The position numbers and the translations under genes are program-made. Below are positions 56,301 through 64,000 of a stretch of 64,000 bases of DNA, piece after piece. Below the pieces are notes generated by a model. The model was given only the letters and a program-made list of their open reading frames with translations, made no database searches and was not told where the DNA came from. Origin of the DNA: the human T2T-CHM13v2.0 reference genome, Homo sapiens; the NCBI RefSeq assembly GCF_009914755.1, contig NC_060939.1; one strand, 5' to 3'. Position 1 is the first letter of the stretch, and each line of letters opens with the position of its first letter.

Positions 56301-59300
56301 AGACCATTGCTTTTGAGTCCATTCTATATGATTCCATTCCATTCAAGTCCATTACATTTGGTTCAATTCCATTCCATTCCATTCCCTTCCATTCCATTCC
56401 ATTTGATATCAATCCATTCGATTCCATTCCATTCGAGCACATTCCAATCGAGTCCATTCCATTCGATGCCATTCCATTTGATTCTATTCCATTAGACTCC
56501 ATTCAATTCCATTAATCTCCATTCCATTCCATTCTACTCCAACTGATTCCATTCCATTCTATTCCTTTCCATTCCATTCCATTCCATTCGCTTCTATTCC
56601 ATTCGTGTCCATTCCACTCCAGTCCATTCCATTCGTGTCCATTCCATTCCAGTCCATTCCATTTGTGTCCACTGCATTCCATTCCACTCCATTCCATATT
56701 ATTCCATTACACTCCATTCCATTCTATTACTTTCATTTCCATTCAGTTCCATTCCATTTGATTCCATTCCACTCGGTTTCACTCCACTTGAGTCCATTCC
56801 ATTCCATTCCATTCTGTTCCATTCCATTCCATTCCATTCCATTCCATTCCATTCCATTCCATTCGGTACCATTCCATATTGTTCCATTCGATTCCTTTCG
56901 AATCTATTCCATTCCAGTCCATTCCATTCGATTCCATTCCATTCCTTTCAATTCGATTCCATTCCATTCGATTCCACTTGATTCCACTCCATTCCCTTCC
57001 ACTGCATTCCATTCGATTCCATTCCATTGCATTGCATTCCATTCCATTGGATTGCATTCCATTCGATTCCATTCCATTCGAATCAATTACATAGCAATCC
57101 ATTACATTCTAGTCTGTTCTATTCCGTTGCACTCGATTTCGCTCCAATCCATTCGATTCCATTCCATTCGATTCCATTCCATACTATTGCATTCCATTCG
57201 ATTAAATTATATTCGTATAAATTCCATTCAATACCTTTTCTGTTGAGTCCATTCTACTTGAGTCCATTCCCTTTGATTCCATAACATTTGATTCCATTCA
57301 ATTCCATTCCTTTCGTTTCCATTCCATTTGATGCCATTCCATTCAATTCTGTTCTACTCGACTCCAATACATTCAATTCCATTCCATCCGATTCCATTAC
57401 ATTCTTTTCATTTCTTATCCATTTCAAGCCATTCCATTCCATTCCATTCCACTCGTTTCCTTTCCATTCGAGTCCATTCCACTCCAGTCCATTCCATTCG
57501 AATCCATTTCACTCCAGTCCATTCCATTCGAATCCTTTTCACTCCAGTCCATTAAATTCGAGTACATTCCATTCCATTCTATTCAATGCCATTCCATTCG
57601 ATTCTATTCCATTCGACACCATTCCTTTCCATTCCGTTCCATCCAATTCCATTCCATTGTATTCCATTCAATTCCATTCCATTGCATTCCATTCGTTTCC
57701 ATTCCATTCGAATTCATTCCACTCAAGTCCATTCCATTCGAGTACATTCCATTCGATATCATTCCATACTATTGCATTCCATTCGATTCCATTGTTTTCG
57801 AATAAATTCCAACCGAGACCATTCCTTTCGTGTCCTTTCTATTTGACTGCATTCCATTTGAGTCCATTAAATTTCTGCACATTCCATTCCTTTCCATTCC
57901 ATTCCATTCCATTCCTTTCGGTGCCATTCCATTCCACTCTACTCCATTCAAGTCCATTCCATTTGAGTCCATTCCATTGATTCGATGCCATTACATTCAA
58001 TTCTATTCCATTCGAATCCATTCCATTCCATTTCCTTCCAAACGATTCCATTCCAATCTATTACTTTCTATTCCAATCCATTCCATTCCGTTCCATTCGT
58101 TTCCATTCCATTCGAGTCCACTCCATTCCATTCCATTCCATTCGATTCCATTCCATTCCACTCCAGTCCATTCCATTCAAGTCCATTCCACTGCATTCCA
58201 CTCCATTCGATATCTTTTGATAACACCCCATTCCATTCTGCTCCTTACAATTCAATTCAATTCCAGTCCATTTGATTCCATTCCATTTGATTACATTCCA
58301 TTCGACTCCATTCCATTCGACTCTTTCCATTCGAGTCCATTCCATTCCATTCCATTGCATTCCGTTCGAATCCCTATTCCATTCCATTTTGTTACTGTCC
58401 ATTCCATTTGAGTCCATTCCATGCCAAACCATTCCATTCGATTCCATTCCAATAGATTCCATTGCACTCGAATCCAGTGCGTTCCATTCCATTGCTTTCC
58501 ATTCTATTACATTCCATTGCATTCCATTCCATTCCATTTGATTGCATTCCATTCAATTCCATTAATTTCGAATCAATTACATTGCAATCCATTGCATTCG
58601 AGATCTATTCCAGTCCATTGCATTCCGGCGCATTCCGTTCCATTCCATTCCATTCGATTCCGTTCCATTCGAATCGATTGCATTGCAATGCATTACATTC
58701 GAGTCCGTTTTATTCCAGTCCAATCCATTCCGGTCCATTCCGTTCGATTCCATTCCATTCGATGCCACTCCATACTATTGTATTTCATTCGATTCCATTC
58801 TATTCAAATAAATTCCATTCGAGACCATTCCTTTCATGTCCATTCTATTTGAGTCCATTCCATTCGAGTCCATTATATTTGGGTCCATTCCATTCAATTC
58901 CATTGCAATCGATTCCATTCGATGTCACTCCATTCATTTCTATTCCATTAGAGTCCATGTCATTCGAGTCCATTCCGTTCTATTCTATTCCACTCCATTC
59001 CATTCCATTCCACTCCATTCCATTCGTTGCCGTTCCATTCAATTCTATTATATTCCACTCCATTTAATTCCATTCCATTCCATTCCATTCCATTCTATCC
59101 AATTACGTTCCATTCTATTCCTTTAAAGTCCATTCCATTCCATTCCATACGTTTCCATTCCATTCGAGTAAAGTCCACTCCAGTCCTTTCCATTCGAGTC
59201 CATTCCTCTCCAGTCCATTCCGTTCAATCCATTCCATTCCAGTCCATTCCATTCGAGTCCGTTCCATTCCAGTCCATTCCATTCGAGTCAATTCCATTCC

Positions 59301-62300
59301 ATTCGATATCTTTCCATAACGATCCATTCCATTCTATTCCTTTCGATTCCATTCTATTCCATTCCATTCTATTTCATTCCATTCGATTCCCTTCCATTGG
59401 ACTCCTTTCCATTCGAGTGCATTCCATTCCGTTCCATTTCTTTCTGTTCTGTATGATTCCTACCATTCGATTTCATTTTGTTCCAGTCTATTCCTTTCAC
59501 GTCCATTCCATTCCATTTCACTCCATTCGATTCCATTCCACTCGATTCCCCTCCGTTCCATTTCATTGCATTCCATTCTATTCAATTCTATTGCATTCCA
59601 TTCCATTCCATTTGATTACATTCCATGCGATTCCATTCGAATTCGAATCAATTACATTGAAATCCATTACTATTGAGTCCGTTTTACTCCAGTCCACTCC
59701 ATTCTGCTCCATTCCATTTGATTCCATTCCATTCTATTCCATTCCGTACAGTTGCATTCCATTGGATTCCATTCTATATCTATACATGCAACTCGAGACC
59801 ATTGCTTTTGAGTCCATTCTATATGATTCCATTCCATTCAAGTCCATTACATTTGGTTCAATTCCATTCCATTCCATTCCCTTCCATTCCATTCCATTTG
59901 ATATCAATCCATTCGATTCCATTCCATTCGAGCACATTCCAATCGAGTCCATTCCATTCGATGCCATACCATTTGATTCTATTCCATTAGACTCCATTCA
60001 ATTCCATTAATCTCCATTCCATTCCATTCTACTCCAACTGATTCCATGCCATTCTATTCCTTTCCATTCCATTCCATTCCATTCGCTTCTATTCCATTCG
60101 TGTCCATTCCACTCCAGTCCATTCCATTCGTGTCCATTCCATTCCAGTCCATTCCATTTGTGTCCACTGCATTCCATTCCACTCCATTCCATATTATTCC
60201 ATTACACTCCATTCCATTCTATTACTTTCATTTCCATTCAGTTCCATTCCATTTGATTCCATTCCACTCGGTTTCACTCCACTTGAGTCCATTCCATTCC
60301 ATTCCATTCTGTTCCATTCCATTCCATTCCATTCCATTCCATTCTGTTCCATTCCATTCCATTCCATTCCATTCCATTCCATTCGGTACCATTCCATATT
60401 GTTCCATTCGATTCCATTCGAATCCATTCCATTCCAGTCCATTCCATTCGATTCCATTCCATTCCTTTCAATTCCATTCCATTCCATTCGATTCCACTTG
60501 ATTCCACTCCATTCCCTTCCACTGCATTCCATTCGGTTCCATTCCATTGCATTGCATTCCATTCCATTGGATTGCATTCAATTCGATTCTATTCCATTCG
60601 AATCAATTACATAGCAATCCATTACATTCGAGTCTTTTCTATTCCGTTGCACTCGATTTCGTTCCAATCCATTCGATTCCATTCCATTCGATTCCATTCC
60701 ATACTATTGCATTCCATTCGATTAAATTATATTCGAATAAATTCCATTCAAGACCATTTCTGTTGAGTCCATTCTACTTGAGTCCATTCCCTTTGATTCC
60801 ATAACATTTGAGTCCATTCAATTCCATTCCTTTCGTTTCCATTCCATTTGATGCCATTCCATTCAATTCTGTTCTACTCGACTCCAATACATTCAATTCC
60901 ACTCCAGCCGATTCCATTACATTCTTTTCATTTCTTATCCATTTCAAGCCATTCCATTCCATTCCACTCGTTTCCTTTCCATTCGAGTCCATTCCACTCC
61001 AGTCCATTCCATTCGAATCCATTTCACTCCAGTCCCTTCCATTCGAATCCGTTTCACTCCAGTCCATTAAATTCGAGTACATTCCATTCCATTCTATTCA
61101 ATGCCATTCCATTCGATTCTATTCCATTCGACACCATTCCTTTCCATTCCGTTCCATCCGATTCCATTCCATTGTATTCCATTCAATTCCATTCCATTGC
61201 ATTCCATTCGTTTCCATTCCATTCGAATTCATTCCACTCAAGTCCATTCCATTCGAGTCCATTCCATTCGATATCATTGCATACTATTGCATTCCATTCG
61301 ATTCCATTGTTTTCGAATAAATTCCAACCGAGACCATTCCTTTCGTGTCCTTTCTATTTGACTGCATTCCATTTGAGTCCATTAAATTTCTGCACATTCC
61401 ATTCCTTTCCATTCCATTCCATTCCATTCCTTTCGGTGCCATTCCATTCCACTCTACTCCATTCAAGTCCATTCCATTTGAGTCCATTCCATTGATTCGA
61501 TGCCATTACATTCAATTCTATTACATTCGAATCCATTCCATTCCATTTCCTTCCAAACGATTCCATTCCATTCTATTACTTTCTATTCCAATCCATTCCA
61601 TTCCGTTCCATTCGTTTCCATTCCATTCGAGTCCACTCCATTCCATTCCATTCCATTCGATTCCATTCCATTCCTGTCCATTCCATTCAAGTCCATTCCA
61701 CTCCATTCCATTCCATTCGATATCTTTTGATAACACCCCATTCCATTCTGCTCCTTACAATTCAATTCAATTCCAGTCCATTTGATTCCATTCCATTTGA
61801 TTACATTCCATTCGACTCCATTCCATTCGACTCTATTCCATTCGAGTCCATTCCATTCCATTCCATTGCATTCCGTTCGAATCCCTATTCCATTCCATTT
61901 TGTTACTGTCCATTCCATTTGAGTCCATTCCATGCCAAACCATTCCATTCGATTCCATTCCAATAGATTCCATTGCACTCGAATCCAGTGCGTTCCATTC
62001 CATTGCTTTCCATTCTATTACATTCCATTGCATTACATTCCATTCCATTTGATTGCATTCCATTCAATTCCATTAATTTCGAATCAATTACATTGCAATC
62101 CATTGCATTCGAGTTCTATTCCAGTCCATTGCATTCCGGCGCATTCCGTTCCATTCCATTCCATTCGATTCCGTTCCCTTCGAATCGATTGCATTGCAAT
62201 GCTTTACATTCGAGTCCGTTTTATTCCAGTCCAATCCATTCCGTTCCATTCCGTTCGATTCCATTCCATTCGATGCCACTCCATACTATTGTATTTCATT

Positions 62301-64000
62301 CGATTCCATTCTATTCAAATAAATTCCATTCGAGACCATTCCTTTCGAGTCCATTCTATTTGAGTCCATTCCATTCGAGTCCATTATATTTGGGTCCATT
62401 CCATTCAATTCCATTGCAATCCATTCCATTCGATGTCACTCCATTCATTTCTATTCCATTAGAGTCCATGTCATTCGAGTCCATTCCATTCTATTCTATT
62501 CCACTCCATTCCATTCCATTCCACTCCATTCCATTCGTTGCCGTTCCATTCAATTCTATTATATTCCACTCCATTTAATTCCATTCCATTCCATTCCATT
62601 CCATTCTATCCAATTCCGTTCCATTCTATTCCTTTAAAGTCCATTCCATTCCATTCCATACGTTTCCATTCCATTCGAGTAAAGTCCACTCCAGTCCTTT
62701 CCATTCGAGTCCATTCCTCTCCAGTCCATTCCGTTCAATCCATTCCATTCCAGTCCATTCCATTCGAGTCCGTTCCATTCCAGTCCATTCCATTCGAGTC
62801 AATTCCATTCCATTCGATATCTTTCCATAACGATCCATTCCATTCTATTCCTTTCGATTCCATTCAATTCCATTCCATTCTATTTCATTCTATTCGATTC
62901 CCTTCCATTGGACTCCTTTCCATTCGAGTGCATTCCATTCCGTTCCATTTCTTTCTGTTCTGTATGATTCCTACCATTCGATTTCATTTTGTTCCAGTCT
63001 ATTCCTTTCACGTCCATTCCATTCCATTTCACTCCATTCGATTCCATTCCACTCGATTCCCCTCCGTTCCATTTCATTGCATTCCATTCTATTCAATTCT
63101 ATTGCATTCCATTCCATTCCATTTGATTACATTCCATGCGATTCCATTCGAATTCGAATCAATTACATTGAAATCCATTACTATTGAGTCCGTTTTACTC
63201 CAGTCCACTCCATTCTGCTCCATTCCATTTGATTCCATTCCATTCTATTCCATTCCGTACAGTTGCATTCCATTGGATTCCATTCTATATCTATACATGC
63301 AACTCGAGACCATTGCTTTTGAGTCCATTCTATATGATTCCATTCCATTCAAGTCCATTACATTTGGTTCAATTCCATTCCATTCCATTCCCTTCCATTC
63401 CATTCCATTTGATATCAATCCATTCGATTCCATTCCATTCGAGCACATTCCAATCGAGTCCATTCCATTCGATGCCATACCATTTGATTCTATTCCATTA
63501 GACTCCATTCAATTCCATTAATCTCCATTCCATTCCATTCTACTCCAACTGATTCCATGCCATTCTATTCCTTTCCATTCCATTCCATTCCATTCGCTTC
63601 TATTCCATTCGTGTCCATTCCACTCCAGTCCATTCCATTCGTGTCCATTCCATTCCAGTCCATTCCATTTGTGTCCACTGCATTCCATTCCACTCCATTC
63701 CATATTATTCCATTACACTCCATTCCATTCTATTACTTTCATTTCCATTCAGTTCCATTCCATTTGATTCCATTCCACTCGGTTTCACTCCACTTGAGTC
63801 CATTCCATTCCATTCCATTCTGTTCCATTCCATTCCATTCCATTCCATTCTGTTCCATTCCATTCCATTCCATTCCATTCCATTCCATTCCATTCGGTAC
63901 CATTCCATATTGTTCCATTCGATTCCATTCGAATCCATTCCATTCCAGTCCATTCCATTCGATTCCATTCCATTCATTTCAATTCCATTCCATTCCATTC
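50336..64000 (+). repeat. Four ~3.5 kb units (3466, 3486, 3520 bp, last incomplete), haplotype family C
   Basis: Landmark at 50336, 53802, 57288 and 60808. Shared variants cctaccattcg, ctttcacgtcc, gttttactcc, cacattccaatcg and cgcttctatt. Confidence 0.9.

Larger units (their letters stand above)
1..64000 (+). repeat. Human Satellite 3 (HSat3/SatIII)-type pentameric satellite array, (CATTC)n on + strand
   Basis: Continuous degenerate ATTCC pentamers (variants ATTCG, AGTCC, ACTCC, ATTGC, ATTTG) across the whole window, with long perfect CATTC runs. The CATTCGATGAT-type motif typical of HSat2 is not the dominant pattern. The + strand is extremely G-poor throughout. Confidence 0.97.

Noticed and set aside
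1-64000. CRISPR array, transposon, rDNA/tRNA or telomeric repeat
   Set aside because: There are no unique spacers, terminal repeats, non-satellite inserts or TTAGGG runs, and all sequence is pentamer-derived.
1-64000. Inversion or strand switch within the array
   Set aside because: I looked for GGAAT runs on the + strand and saw none. Orientation is uniform.

Overview
The whole 64 kb is one uninterrupted (CATTC)n/(GGAAT)n pericentromeric satellite array of the Human Satellite 3 (HSat3/SatIII) type, human or great ape. The C-rich strand is always on +, and I saw no inversion, transposon or unique sequence. There are no real genes: every ORF is the trivial FHSIP/MEWNG translation of the pentamer. 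I found no new gene-encoded system. What the window does show is a nested repeat architecture. The 5-bp pentamer builds 30-bp modules, a degenerate ~0.6-1.0 kb sub-repeat builds a ~3.5 kb unit with one KpnI site, and there are variant units of ~1.8 kb (an island at about 10.3-18.8 kb) and ~4.69 kb, plus a near-identical 11,687-bp super-duplication. Using the landmark ttgagtccattcaattccattcctttcg, unit starts are 456, 3906, 7543, 11152, 12960, 14773, 17046, ~18805, 22267, 25766, 29267, 33953, 37453, 40954, 45650, 50336, 53802, 57288 and 60808. Several independent rearrangements reuse the same two breakpoint zones of the unit. Chromosome and subfamily assignment cannot be made from the sequence alone. 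All coordinates were read by eye.
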